Assembly: GCA_965116875.1 (NCBI GenBank)
Contig: OZ220733.1
Coordinates: 64,001 to 128,000, forward strand
Direction: 5' to 3'
Source of the DNA: Candidatus Latescibacterota bacterium
Lineage (GTDB): Bacteria > Latescibacterota > UBA2968 > GCA-2709665
Length of the DNA stretch: 64,000 bases
The notes under the pieces: model-generated
The model's database searches: none
Told to the model about the DNA's origin: nothing
What the model saw: only the letters and a program-made list of their open reading frames with translations
In this document: positions 47,607-57,697 of the stretch, piece after piece
Position numbering within the stretch: position 1 is the stretch's first letter
Layout of the letters: every line of letters begins with the position of its first letter
Translations under genes and position numbers: made by a program

Positions 47607-48290
47607 CTACCGGCGCTCGTGCATGGCACCCGGCGCAGGCGGGCCGGTATTGCGCCTGCCGGGTCTCAGGTTACCTATACAGTGCATCACCTCGCTGCTG
47701 ATGGTGTGATAAGCCGCTCGACGTCTGACGGGCAATCCGGCTGGAGACACGCGAATCGGTTCTCCGAACCGCACGGTTACCCGGTTGAGTCCGATCAGAC
47801 TCGTCCAGATGTTGACCGTGCCCGAAATATAGACCGGAACCACTGGAACCCGCGCACGGAATGCCAACATGCCCACGCCGTCTTTGGGCGGCCTGAGTCT
47901 GGACGTCTTGTTGCGGGTTCCCTCCGGCGATAGAAACATCGCACCGCCGGCCTTGAGACACCCTTCGATGCCCCGCAAGGCGCCCCGGTCTCCGCGAGAA
48001 CGGTCTATTGGCAGTGCATTCAGTTTCCGAATCAGCCAGCCCAGAATCGGAACGGGAAATGCTTCCCGCTTGGTAACATACGAAAGTTCCCTGCACGCCG
48101 CAACCCCGATGAATACGGGATCCGCATAGGAGGCGTGGTTGCTGGCCAGAATGACCCCTCCGCGCCGGGGCACAAAGTGAAGGCCGGCAACTCGAAGCCG
48201 AAACAGGCAGCTGCATACTCCAACGCCGAGCGCCCAGAGAAAACGGTACAGGAGATTGCCCGGTCGTCCGGTGTAAATGTCTGTCCGCAT
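47607..48290 (-). CDS. plsC: 1-acyl-sn-glycerol-3-phosphate acyltransferase
   Basis: SNHASYAD, SPEGTR, VPVVPVYI; cmk-plsC-rpsA synteny. Confidence 0.85.
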   Translation of the reverse strand: MRTDIYTGRPGNLLYRFLWALGVGVCSCLFRLRVAGLHFVPRRGGVILASNHASYADPVFIGVAACRELSYVTKREAFPVPILGWLIRKLNALPIDRSRGDRGALRGIEGCLKAGGAMFLSPEGTRNKTSRLRPPKDGVGMLAFRARVPVVPVYISGTVNIWTSLIGLNRVTVRFGEPIRVSPAGLPVRRRAAYHTISSEVMHCIGNLRPGRRNTGPPAPGAMHERR

Positions 48291-48309
48291 TTTGTACACT
48301 TGAGTACGT

Positions 48310-48990
48310 CTAGACGCCGCACTTGCGAGCGAGTTCCACCACGCGGGCCACCTGCGCGTCGACGTCCAGACCCGTGGTATCCACGGTGATTGCATCCGAA
48401 GCCGGCCAGGATCCGGAACGCCGCTGCGTGGCTTTGTCGCGGGTGTCCCGCTCTCGAATCTGTCCCATCAATACGTCCAGTTCCGCCGCGACTCCGCAAT
48501 TGAGCAACTCACGGTGTCGGCGTCGCGCTCGCTCGGCGACGTCGGCAACCAGGAATATTTTCAGTTCGGCTTCCGGAAAAACTGCCGTGCCCGTGTCCCG
48601 ACCTTCCAGTACGATGCCGCCCTCGTGTCCGAGTTCCCGCTGGCGTGCCACGAGTATCTTCCGGACCGCGGCGTGTACGGCCACCCGGGAGGCGGCATCG
48701 GAAACATCCGCCGAACGGATCTCTCCGGTCACGTCCTCCCCGTTGATCAGCACCCGTTGGCCGGACTCCTCCAGGCGAAAATCGAATTCCAGTGCTGCTG
48801 CGTTCCCGGCGGCCGCGGATTCGTCGTCGGGGCTGAGCCCCTTGCGAATCATGGACCAGCCCAGAGCGCGGTACATCGCGCCGGTATCCAGATAGAGGTA
48901 TCCCAGCCTGCCGGCGACACACCGGGCCGTCGTGCTCTTGCCCGATCCCGCGGGACCGTCGATGGCAATCACGATACCCCTCTTCCGCAT
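48310..48990 (-). CDS. cmk: Cytidylate kinase
   Basis: IAIDGPAGSGKST, LDTGAMYRA, LEGRDTGT. Confidence 0.95.
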   Translation of the reverse strand: MRKRGIVIAIDGPAGSGKSTTARCVAGRLGYLYLDTGAMYRALGWSMIRKGLSPDDESAAAGNAAALEFDFRLEESGQRVLINGEDVTGEIRSADVSDAASRVAVHAAVRKILVARQRELGHEGGIVLEGRDTGTAVFPEAELKIFLVADVAERARRRHRELLNCGVAAELDVLMGQIRERDTRDKATQRRSGSWPASDAITVDTTGLDVDAQVARVVELARKCGV

Positions 48991-49043
48991 CGCGACCCTC
49001 CGCCCCCGATCCTTAGCCTCTTCTATTCACAATAACCGAAACG

Positions 49044-49092
49044 AACATGGATAAACAGGATAGACAGGATAAAAGCCAAATCCGAACAGGAT
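49044..49092. repeat. Short 9-nt tandem repeats (nnACAGGAT)
   Basis: AACATGGAT AAACAGGAT AGACAGGAT (49044-49070) plus GAACAGGAT (49084-49092). Confidence 0.6.
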
Positions 49093-49292
49093 GAGAAACC
49101 AGGAGCAGGACAAATGCTCACTTTTCCGTGCAAGAATAATCGACGCCTACCTCTGCAAACTGCGCATCCTCACACCGAACAACCAGATTCCGCATTTCTT
49201 CAGGTGCTGTCGTAAAAAAAATCTCGCGTTATTTATCGAAATACAACCGGTTATACAACAGAACCACCGGTCTTTGTGAATAATTCAAGTTA

Positions 49293-49478
49293 GAAGCTGT
49301 GTTAAAATTCCCAGCGGTCTTCGCGCGGCTGCAAAAGCGCCGGTCGGCGTTGGTCAAACCCACCCGTCTTACGAGATCGAGGCTGCGCTTGCTCGCCTCT
49401 CATAGCCGGATTTTCCCGCCTTGACCGCCACTCTTTCGCTCGCGTTCGGGAACTCACCGGTAATTTTAACACACCTTC
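49293..49478. mobile_element. MITE-like element, family A copy 2 (186 bp)
   Basis: Near-identical arms to 13501-13662 with a different centre; flanks TTA/CTA, where the CTA is the scpB stop codon. Confidence 0.85.
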
Positions 49479-50228
49479 CTACGGATCAGGTTCCCCTCCC
49501 TGTGTGTCTGCACCGTCCCCCTCCGATTCCCCGCCTCCCCCTTCGGGGCCCTTCATCGGCTCCGATGGGTCTCCCGCGCCCCCACGGATATTCCCCGTCC
49601 GGGCTTCCGGGCTTTGCATTGCCTGCAGCAACTCGTTTGGTGATGCTTCCGCAGCGGCCTTGTCTTCCAGCAATTCATCCAATTCCCTGACCTTTGGCAG
49701 ATCCGACAACGTCTTGAGTCCAAAGTGCTTCAGGAAGTCCCGGGTCGTACCATAGAGCAGCGGCCGTCCGGGCGCATCCGACCGGCCGGCGATGCGGATC
49801 AAACCCTTCTCGAGCAGGTGGCGTACAACCCCGTCTACAGACACGCCGCGAATGTGCTCAACCTCTGCCTTCATGACCGGCTGCTTGAACACGATAATGG
49901 CAAGCGTTTCCAGGGCTGCCGACGAAAGGCGGACGGGCGCCTTGTCTTTCAGGAGCCGCCGGACCCAGACACCGTATTCCGAATGTACCATAAACAGGAA
50001 TCCGCCGGCAATCTCGGAGATTTTGAAACTGCGCCCGGTCTGGCCGTACTGCGCGTTCAGGTCCTCCACGTACGCACGCACGTCTCCGGCCCGTACTCCA
50101 TCAAGCAACGAGGCGATCCGGGTGGCGCCGAGCGGTCTGTCGGACGCCATCAACAGGGCTTCCACAATGCCCCGGTTGCGCGCGTCTTCGTCCGACGCGA
50201 CCGGGTCTATACCGTACGACTCGCCCAT
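49479..50228 (-). CDS. scpB: SMC-Scp complex subunit ScpB
   Basis: VEALLMAS, LSSAALETLAII.FKQP, IRGVS, GRPLLYGTT..FL..FGL. Confidence 0.95.
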   Translation of the reverse strand: MGESYGIDPVASDEDARNRGIVEALLMASDRPLGATRIASLLDGVRAGDVRAYVEDLNAQYGQTGRSFKISEIAGGFLFMVHSEYGVWVRRLLKDKAPVRLSSAALETLAIIVFKQPVMKAEVEHIRGVSVDGVVRHLLEKGLIRIAGRSDAPGRPLLYGTTRDFLKHFGLKTLSDLPKVRELDELLEDKAAAEASPNELLQAMQSPEARTGNIRGGAGDPSEPMKGPEGGGGESEGDGADTQGGEPDP

Positions 50229-50297
50229 TGAATCTCGACCTGTTCGGGTTTTCAATCGGCTGAAACGGCCCGGATTGTCAGGCGCCGCTGATGAACC

Positions 50298-51101
50298 TTA
50301 CCCGGCAAACGACCGGGCGCCGCCGGGTCCGGATTGATCTTCGACTCGCCTGTAAACCCAGATTTCGCCTTCCGAACCGCTCTGCCTTGCAAGGGCTTGC
50401 CCGGTCTTTATCAGTTCGAGCAGGGCGATGAACGTGACGATGAGGACGATTCGCGGAAGACCCGCAACCAGATCCGAGAACTGAACCCGATGGCTCTCAT
50501 CCAGTATGTTCCGGACGACCTCCATCCGTTCCTCGGTCGTGACTTCCAGTTGATGAATCTCGTGGTAATCCGCTTTCGGCGCTGCTGAGAGTGCTGTCCG
50601 GAACGCCGCCATCAGGTCGAAAAGACTTGCGGAACCACCGGCTGCGAGCGGATCCTGTTCCTGCTCGGCGATTTCTCCGGTATCCAGCGCGGTGCCCCGA
50701 TAAAAACTGTCACGATGCGAATCCTGCTTGTCTTCGAGCCAATTGGCCACTTCCTTGAACTGCTGATATTCCAGCAGGCGCCGTACCAGCTCTTCTCTGG
50801 GGTCCTCTTCCTCTTCATCCGCATCGGGGTCCGCGGGCAGCAACATGCGTGACTTGATTTTCATCAGCGTGGCCGCCATCACCAGGAAGTCGCCGGCGTG
50901 TTCCAGATGAAGCGTCTCCATCATTTCGACGAACTCCAGAAACTGCCGCGTAACGTCGGCGATGGGGATATCGTAGATGTCGATCTCATCCCTGCGAATC
51001 AGAAAGAGCAGCAGATCCAGGGGCCCCTCGAAAACGTCGAGCTTCACCCCGCATGTGTCGTCTGCGGCGTTATCCTGAACTGCCAGCGCTTCCGCAACCA
51101 T
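50298..51101 (-). CDS. scpA: Segregation and condensation protein ScpA
   Basis: FEGPLDLLLFLI, DIYDIPI, FLVMAATL..IKSRMLLP, LVRRLLEY, TFIALLEL. Confidence 0.95.
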   Translation of the reverse strand: MVAEALAVQDNAADDTCGVKLDVFEGPLDLLLFLIRRDEIDIYDIPIADVTRQFLEFVEMMETLHLEHAGDFLVMAATLMKIKSRMLLPADPDADEEEEDPREELVRRLLEYQQFKEVANWLEDKQDSHRDSFYRGTALDTGEIAEQEQDPLAAGGSASLFDLMAAFRTALSAAPKADYHEIHQLEVTTEERMEVVRNILDESHRVQFSDLVAGLPRIVLIVTFIALLELIKTGQALARQSGSEGEIWVYRRVEDQSGPGGARSFAG

Positions 51102-51202
51102 TCGTTCGATCTCCCTTGACGTTCATCCGGTTCGCAGGCATGCCCGACGCGGGTCGGGGCGTGACGGAAGTCCCCTGAGGGTCCGGCTCCCGCTGCTGCA
51201 GT

Positions 51203-51712
51203 TCAATCCATGAAGAGATACGGCCGCCATTTACTGTCCGGTACGCCGATCAACTGGCTGATGGAAGTGACGGTGCTGGGCCTGCGGGGACGGCGGAGCA
51301 GATTGATTCCCGCCTGTTCCGGAGTTTGATTGCCCTTGAGATTATTGCAGGGCAGACAGGCACACACCAGATTCTCCCACGTATCCCGACCGTTTCCGGT
51401 TCGGGGGACGACGTGATCAACCGTCATCGGGCCCTTCCGGGTCCCGCAATACTGGCAGCGGTGTCCGTCCCGCTTCAGGACGTTTTTCTTGGAAAGTGCG
51501 AGCTGTCTGGGCGCAACGCGCACGTAGATGCCCAGGCGTACCACGCTGGGGACAGGAAACCGGTCTGAAACCGTGCGGACATACAGGTCCAGCGCCTCGA
51601 TGACCTCCGCACGGCCACGAAATACAAGTACGATGGCCCGGCGCGCACTACACACCTGGATGGGTTCGTAACTCTGGTTCAGGACCAGAACCGGCCGATT
51701 CAGCAATGGCAT
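51203..51712 (-). CDS. HNH endonuclease (conserved McrA-like family)
   Basis: VLVLNQSYEP, RDGHRCQYCG, TVDHVVP, WENLVCACLPCNNLKG, WRPYL. Confidence 0.9.
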   Translation of the reverse strand: MPLLNRPVLVLNQSYEPIQVCSARRAIVLVFRGRAEVIEALDLYVRTVSDRFPVPSVVRLGIYVRVAPRQLALSKKNVLKRDGHRCQYCGTRKGPMTVDHVVPRTGNGRDTWENLVCACLPCNNLKGNQTPEQAGINLLRRPRRPSTVTSISQLIGVPDSKWRPYLFMD

Positions 51713-51796
51713 ACATCCCCTCTTGCAACAACCCCGGGGCGAAAAAGGTTTGAATGTCGTCAGACGTGGCGGGACACATCTCGTGTACACCGGTCG

Positions 51797-52183
51797 CTAG
51801 GCGTCTTCGACAAGCTCCGCGTACGCCTGTGGGCTGAGAAGCGATTCGAGTTCTTCGTCGTTCGTCATCCGAACCACGACCATCCAGCCCTCGCCGTACG
51901 GATCCGCGTTTATCTGAGACGCATCCTCGCCAAGTTCATCGTTAACCTCGAGAACGACGCCGGACACGGGCGCATAGAGGTCCTCCACCGTCTTCACCGC
52001 CTCGATCGTACCAAAGGGCTGACCCTGCTCGAACTCAGCACCCGGCTCCGGCAATTCGGCAAAGACGATGTCCCCCAGTTCGCCCTGCGCATAATCTGTG
52101 ATGCCTATCGTGCCCCGCTCGCCCTCCACACGAATCCACTCGTGCTCTGAAGTATAAAGAAGGCCGTCCGGAATATCCGACAT
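51797..52183 (-). CDS. gcvH: Glycine cleavage system H protein
   Basis: YTSEHEW, GITDYAQGELGDIVF, EAVKT (lipoyl Lys), INADPYGEGW. Confidence 0.95.
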   Translation of the reverse strand: MSDIPDGLLYTSEHEWIRVEGERGTIGITDYAQGELGDIVFAELPEPGAEFEQGQPFGTIEAVKTVEDLYAPVSGVVLEVNDELGEDASQINADPYGEGWMVVVRMTNDEELESLLSPQAYAELVEDA

Positions 52184-52277
52184 GATTGATGGCTCCACGA
52201 TGAAGGTGTTGTTTCCCGTTCCAGGCCGCAAGCCGTCCGATCAGTGGACGCCAGGCGCATCCCGGTTCCACCAGGGT

Positions 52278-53636
52278 TCAACCTCCGTATCCCAATCTGG
52301 CCACGAAGTCCGTGTCGATCCGACCCTCACGGAAGTCGGTATGCCGCATCGCGGCGATATGGAACGGAATGGTTGTGGGGATCCCCTCGATCACGAACTC
52401 CTCGAGCGCACGGACCATACGCGCGGTCGCTTCCTCCCGGGTGTCGCCAAACGCCAGCAACTTGGCAAGGAGCGAATCGTAATGGGAAGGGACGCGATAG
52501 CCGGCATACGCGTGAGAATCAATTCGAATACCCGGTCCGCCCGGTGCATGGAACGTGCTGATTTCTCCAGCGGAGGGACGGAAGTTGTGATCGGGATCTT
52601 CCGCGTTGATGCGGCATTCAATGGCGTGGCCCGTCGGCCGTACGTCTGCCTGGGCGAATGGAAGCGGCTTACCCGCGGCCACGCTGATCTGCGTCTTGAC
52701 CAGATCGATTCCGGTTACCATCTCGGTGACCGGGTGCTCGACCTGAATGCGGGTGTTCATTTCGAGGAAATAGAAGCTTCCGGACGCATCCAGCAGAAAC
52801 TCCACGGTCCCCGCGCCCGAATAGCCCACCGCGCGGGCGCCTGCAACGGCCTCTCGTCCCATCCGCCGGCGCAGGTCGTCGTCGACCACGGGCGAAGGCG
52901 ACTCCTCGATCAACTTCTGATGGCGTCTCTGGATGGAACATTCGCGCTCACCCAGGTGTACGACGTCTCCAGTCTCGTCGCCCATCACCTGGATTTCCAC
53001 GTGCCGCGGCGAAACGACTTCCTTTTCCAGATAGAGCGTTCCCGACGTGAACGCCGCAGACGCCTCCGCCTGCGCAGCATTCCACGCGCGCTCGAGGCCT
53101 TCCACCGAGTCGACGGTGCGCATGCCACGGCCGCCGCCGCCTGCAACGGCCTTCAGACGGATCGGGTAACCGATCTCCTCGGCGGCGAGCCGCGCCTCCT
53201 CAAGGCTGTTCAATACCCCGGTGCCCGGCGCTACAGGCACGTTTGCGGCCAGCATCGTTTCCCGCGCAACGGCTTTGTCGCCCATCCTTCGAATGGCATC
53301 CGGAGACGGTCCAATGAATACGATGCCGCAGGATGCGCACATTTCCGCGAAATCCGCGTTCTCGGCCAACGGCCCGTACCCCGGGTGGATCGCATCGGCG
53401 TTGGTGACTTCCGCGGCGCTCAGAATGCGAGGAATATTCCGATAGCTCTGGTCCCCCGGAGGCGGTCCGATGCAGACGTCCTCGTCGGCAACGCCAATAT
53501 GCAGCGAATTGCCATCGGCTTCGGAGTGGATGGCAATCGTCCGGATGCCGAGTTCCTTGCATGCCCGGATCACTCGCACGGCGATTTCGCCCCGGTCCGC
53601 AACAAGGATCTTATCGAATAAGGGAGTGGATGACAC
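52278..53636 (-). CDS. accC: Acetyl-CoA carboxylase, biotin carboxylase subunit
   Basis: [48 protein letters not shown]. Confidence 0.96.
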   Translation of the reverse strand: MSSTPLFDKILVADRGEIAVRVIRACKELGIRTIAIHSEADGNSLHIGVADEDVCIGPPPGDQSYRNIPRILSAAEVTNADAIHPGYGPLAENADFAEMCASCGIVFIGPSPDAIRRMGDKAVARETMLAANVPVAPGTGVLNSLEEARLAAEEIGYPIRLKAVAGGGGRGMRTVDSVEGLERAWNAAQAEASAAFTSGTLYLEKEVVSPRHVEIQVMGDETGDVVHLGERECSIQRRHQKLIEESPSPVVDDDLRRRMGREAVAGARAVGYSGAGTVEFLLDASGSFYFLEMNTRIQVEHPVTEMVTGIDLVKTQISVAAGKPLPFAQADVRPTGHAIECRINAEDPDHNFRPSAGEISTFHAPGGPGIRIDSHAYAGYRVPSHYDSLLAKLLAFGDTREEATARMVRALEEFVIEGIPTTIPFHIAAMRHTDFREGRIDTDFVARLGYGG

Positions 53637-53689
53637 GGCAGATCTGGTGGGACGGCGGTTTGGGCCGCCGCATCGTTGAAAGAAGCGCT

Positions 53690-54157
53690 TTACAGCGGTT
53701 CGATGAGGAAAAGAGGCGTATTGTATTCGACAGGATTGCCATTCTCGACCAGGACACGAACCACCCGGCCCTTGGCATCCGCTTCAATTTCGTTCATGAT
53801 TTTCATGGCTTCGATGATGCACAGAGTCTGACCGACGGACACGACGTCGCCTTCCTCCACGAACGGCGGCGAGTCCGGGTTCGGCGCACGATAGAACATG
53901 CCCACCATGGGAGAACTGATTTTGTGCAGCCCCTCCGTATCGTCCGGTTCCGGGGCAGCCGACGTATCGTCGGCACCGGCCGGCTGCGACGCGACCTGGG
54001 CAACCGGCTGGACCGCAGTTGCATCGATTCCCGCGGCGACGCGTATTTTTCTGAGTCCCAGTAAACCACGCTCAATTTCAATCTCCCGGACCCGGTCTTC
54101 GCCAACCAGTTCGATCAGTTGCTGCAGGGTCTCCATCAAGACCTTGGAGAGTTTCAC
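53690..54157 (-). CDS. accB: Biotin carboxyl carrier protein
   Basis: [17 protein letters not shown] (biotinyl Lys). Confidence 0.95.
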   Translation of the reverse strand: MKLSKVLMETLQQLIELVGEDRVREIEIERGLLGLRKIRVAAGIDATAVQPVAQVASQPAGADDTSAAPEPDDTEGLHKISSPMVGMFYRAPNPDSPPFVEEGDVVSVGQTLCIIEAMKIMNEIEADAKGRVVRVLVENGNPVEYNTPLFLIEPL

Positions 54158-54237
54158 ACGCGCTCCTTCGAAAAAACGACAGCCGGAAATCGGGTTACGG
54201 CTCGCGTTGGCCGCGATGCTACCGTGACGACTTCCGA

Positions 54238-54795
54238 TCAGATTCGTTCGACGTATGACTCCGATCGGGTATCGATCTTCAAGACGTCGCCCCTTTCAAC
54301 GAACAGGGGCACCTGGACCGAAGCTCCCGTTTCCAGCAGGGCCGGCTTGCTGCCGCCGCTGGCGGTATCTCCCCGCAGCCCGGGATCGGTTTCCGTGACT
54401 TCCAGTTCAACGAATATTGGCAACGCAACGCTCACGGCATTTTGCTCCGCGACCAGTATCTCCAGAATTTCGTTCTCTTTCAGATATTTAACCGCGTTGC
54501 CCATCACCTCCGGAGACAGCTCGAACTGATCGTACGTTTCACTATCCATAAAACAGTACAGATCGCCCGACCTGTAGAGATATTGCATTTTGCGCCGTTC
54601 CAGCCGGACGTCGTCAACCTTGTCTCCGGAACGAAATGTCCGGTCAATCATTGCCCCCGTTTTCACACCCTTGAGGCGGGTACGAACAACGGCAGCTCCC
54701 TTGCCCGGTTTGAAGTGCTCGAATTCGACCATAAAATAAAGATCGCCGTCCAGACGCAGGACCATTCCATTTCTGAATTCGGACGTTGAAACCAT
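54238..54795 (-). CDS. efp: Elongation factor P
   Basis: KPGKGAAVVR, MQYLY, PGLRGDTASGGSKPA. Confidence 0.97.
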   Translation of the reverse strand: MVSTSEFRNGMVLRLDGDLYFMVEFEHFKPGKGAAVVRTRLKGVKTGAMIDRTFRSGDKVDDVRLERRKMQYLYRSGDLYCFMDSETYDQFELSPEVMGNAVKYLKENEILEILVAEQNAVSVALPIFVELEVTETDPGLRGDTASGGSKPALLETGASVQVPLFVERGDVLKIDTRSESYVERI

Positions 54796-54804
54796 AGTTC
54801 GACA

Positions 54805-55560
54805 TTATCCTCCAGTGCACGCGTCATCCATCTTCCGAAGTTCCTTCAACCTTTTTCTGATGCGTTTATTGTCCGGTTCCTGCTCGCAAACCTGCGCCAG
54901 TACGGTCACCGCCTCCTCAAACAGCCCCTGAACCGCGTACAGCTCGGCCAGAGTGGAGGTGGCGATTGGCGCGGTCTCGGCGTCTGAATCTGCAGATCGA
55001 TCGTCTTCATGGCCCCGATGTTCCTGAAGGTCCCGTAACAATAAGGAGTAATCTTCGGGTCCCGCCGGCGTCCTGCCACCCTCCGCGGTCAAATCCGGCG
55101 CCGGACGCTCCGTCTCGTCTCCGGCCCGGGATTCCGAGGCCGTTTCGCCTTCCGCCAGAACTTCAGCGTCCAGTTCGGCAGCCAGCAACCGGCTCAGTGG
55201 ATCGACAGTCCGGGCGTACCTGAAGTAATGCAACGCCCGGTCCTCGAAACCCGTCTCTCGTTCGATCTTGCCGAGCAGCCAGAAGGCGGAAGGATTGTCA
55301 GGATCCAGCGCGAGCGTACGTTGAAACTCCCGGCGGGCGTCTTCCAACCGTCCGGCCGCCATGTGGCATCTGCCCATGACGAGATGGCCGGTGGGGTAAA
55401 GCGGGCGATACCTCAGGCCCTTGCGACAGATCTCTGCGGCGCGGTCCACGTTGCCAAGTCGCAGCAACTCGTCGGCGAGGCGCGCAAACAGGATCGACGC
55501 CGGATTCCTGCCGCATACGTTTTCAAGCTTTGCAAGGGTTGTGGCCGTCGCTGGGCACAT
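54805..55560 (-). CDS. Tetratricopeptide repeat protein
   Basis: FARLAD, TPR helices, C-terminal IATSTLAELYAVQG motif. Confidence 0.8.
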   Translation of the reverse strand: MCPATATTLAKLENVCGRNPASILFARLADELLRLGNVDRAAEICRKGLRYRPLYPTGHLVMGRCHMAAGRLEDARREFQRTLALDPDNPSAFWLLGKIERETGFEDRALHYFRYARTVDPLSRLLAAELDAEVLAEGETASESRAGDETERPAPDLTAEGGRTPAGPEDYSLLLRDLQEHRGHEDDRSADSDAETAPIATSTLAELYAVQGLFEEAVTVLAQVCEQEPDNKRIRKRLKELRKMDDACTGG

Positions 55561-55707
55561 TCAGGTGCTGCCTCGTTACGGCACTGAAATTGACCGGCCC
55601 GGTTTTTGATTCTGGCTGACGGACGGGTGCTGACAGCTGTTTTTGCCGCTTCGGATCGGCCGAAATCCGGCAATTCACCACCGGCGCGGTATACCACACC
55701 GGAGGGA

Positions 55708-55736
55708 AGTATAGGAAAAAGCCCAATGCTTGTCAA
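55708..55736 (-). promoter_or_regulatory. Sigma70 promoter for the TPR-efp-accBC-gcvH run
   Basis: Minus strand TTGACA, 17 nt, TATACT. Confidence 0.7.
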
Positions 55737-55900
55737 GGCCGCCCCGGCGCGCCCGCCCGCGGCGTTCCATACGGCGCGGAAAGTTGGGATTCGGCATGCC
55801 GGGAAGCGGGGGCGCGGGCGCCGAACGGGCACGGGAAATCCAGCAGCGTTCCCCTTTGGTTTCCAGCCCCGGCCGGGGCCGTATTTTTCCGGGATTTGCC

Positions 55901-55929
55901 TTGTGCGGTTTTGGGTGATGTGCTATATT
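55901..55929 (+). promoter_or_regulatory. Sigma70-type promoter for the chr-bioB-mnmG run
   Basis: TTGTGC, 17 nt, TATATT with TGn. Confidence 0.5.
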
Positions 55930-56088
55930 CAAAGCCGTTTCGCAGTCCGTTGACAGAGTCGCTTTGCAGGCGTGGCCGAGCAACGCGGGTTTTCGACCGC
56001 ATGGGCCGGACGCATCCCGGTTGGGCTCTCTCATCGGGCCGTCAGGGCTCTGTTTCGCACCTGTCCCGTCCGCTCGCGGAGGCGGTAT

Positions 56089-56610
56089 ATGGAACTCGTC
56101 AAATTGTTCGTTTCGTTCACAAAGGTCGGTTTTTTCGCGTATGGCGGCGGACCCTCCATGATTCCGCTGGTCCAGGAGGAAGTCGTCGACGTACATGGCT
56201 GGATGTCCATTGAAGAGTTTGCCGACGCTCTCGCCATGGGCTATGCCCTTCCGGGTCCTATCGCTACGAAAATGGCCGCCTACATCGGTTACCAGGTCGC
56301 ACAGACCCCGGGCCTGATCGTCGCTCTTCTGGGTACGGTCTTTCCGTCTCTCATCCTGATGATGGTCCTGGGGCTGTTCTTCATGGCGTATAAGGGTGCG
56401 CCGGCAGTCCAGGCAATGCTGAAGGCGGTCCGGCCGGCGGTTGTGGGACTGCTACTCGTTGTGGTCTGGCAGATGGCGCCCAAGTCGGTGAATTCATGGC
56501 ACACGGGCCTGATCGCCCTGGCCGCGTTCGTCGCGATCCATTTCCTGAACCTTCATCCGGCCGTCGCGATCGTCGGCACGGCAGTTCTCGGTCTGGCTGT
56601 CTACCGTTAG
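56089..56610 (+). CDS. Short-chain chromate transporter (CHR family)
   Basis: FTKVGFFAYGGG, ALPGPIAT, RPAVVGL; RBS GGAGG before ATG 56089. Confidence 0.88.
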   Translation: MELVKLFVSFTKVGFFAYGGGPSMIPLVQEEVVDVHGWMSIEEFADALAMGYALPGPIATKMAAYIGYQVAQTPGLIVALLGTVFPSLILMMVLGLFFMAYKGAPAVQAMLKAVRPAVVGLLLVVVWQMAPKSVNSWHTGLIALAAFVAIHFLNLHPAVAIVGTAVLGLAVYR

Positions 56611-56652
56611 TACGACGTTACCGACATCACTCTCGCGGGAGCTCAACCTCGT

Positions 56653-57681
56653 ATGAAGGACTACTCGATACTCGAACGCAAGGCGCTGCGGAACAAACCC
56701 CTGGCCAATGAGGAAATGTTGTCGGTACTCGATACGCCGGACGAAGACCTGCTCCTCCTGATCCACGCGGCATATCGGGTTCGACACCGCTTCTTTGGAA
56801 ACCGCGTGCGCCTGCACGTCCTGCAGAACGCCAAGAGCGGACTGTGTCCGGAGGACTGCGCCTACTGTTCACAATCGGCCGTTTCGACCGCGGACATCGA
56901 TAAATACCCTCTGTTGCCGCGCGAGCAGATTCTCGACGGCGCCAGAAAGGCAAAGGCGGGAGATGCTCTGCGTTATTGTATCGTCACCAGTGGAAGAGGC
57001 CCCACCGCAAGAGAGGTGGACGCCGTTGCCGACGTCGTGCGCGAAGTCAAGCAGACCGTTGATATCGACATCTGCTGTTGCATGGGGCTTTTGGACGAAG
57101 CGCAGGCCAGAACGTTGAAAGAGGCCGGCGTGGACCGGATCAATCACAATCTCAATACCAGCGCCAGGCATCATGGCAGCATCGTTAGCACGCACACCTA
57201 CACGGACCGGCTGAATACCCTGAAAGCTGTCAAGGCGGCCGGCCTCGAGACCTGTTGCGGAGGAATCATCGGGATGGGAGAGTCCAGGCAGGATATCGTC
57301 GACCTGGCGGTGGCCGTCCGTGAACTCGACATCGATTCGATCCCGGTCAACTTCCTGCATCCCATCGACGGCACGCCCCTGGCCGGATGCAAACCGCTGT
57401 CGCCCAGAGAAGGCCTCAGGGTTCTGTGCCTGTTCCGCTTCGTAAACCCGGACAGGGAACTCCGTATCGCGGGAGGAAGGGAACTCACGCTGGGTTCCCT
57501 TCAGGCCCTCGCCCTCTATCCGGCGAACTCCGTCTTTATGGAAGGTTATCTTACCACCGGAGGACAGTCCACTTCGGAGACCCATCGACTCATTGAGGAC
57601 CTGGGATTCGAAGTCGAGGCGCATTTGAAGTCTGACGACGGATCGAGTGTGCCGGCATGCGCGGGGAATGCAGTCGCGTAA
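56653..57681 (+). CDS. bioB: Biotin synthase
   Basis: NAKSGLCPEDCAYCSQS, HNLNT, CCGGIIGMGE, SIPVNFL, YLTT. Confidence 0.95.
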   Translation: MKDYSILERKALRNKPLANEEMLSVLDTPDEDLLLLIHAAYRVRHRFFGNRVRLHVLQNAKSGLCPEDCAYCSQSAVSTADIDKYPLLPREQILDGARKAKAGDALRYCIVTSGRGPTAREVDAVADVVREVKQTVDIDICCCMGLLDEAQARTLKEAGVDRINHNLNTSARHHGSIVSTHTYTDRLNTLKAVKAAGLETCCGGIIGMGESRQDIVDLAVAVRELDIDSIPVNFLHPIDGTPLAGCKPLSPREGLRVLCLFRFVNPDRELRIAGGRELTLGSLQALALYPANSVFMEGYLTTGGQSTSETHRLIEDLGFEVEAHLKSDDGSSVPACAGNAVA

Positions 57682-57697
57682 CGCCTTTCATACACCT

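Noticed and set aside
49091-49279. 62-aa ORF between cmk and scpB
   Set aside because: No recognisable domain, on the opposite strand to the operon, in relic-like DNA.
51203-51712. HNH nuclease as a mobile or defence element
   Set aside because: Host-like composition; it resembles a widespread conserved family and sits in a housekeeping operon with no flanking repeats.
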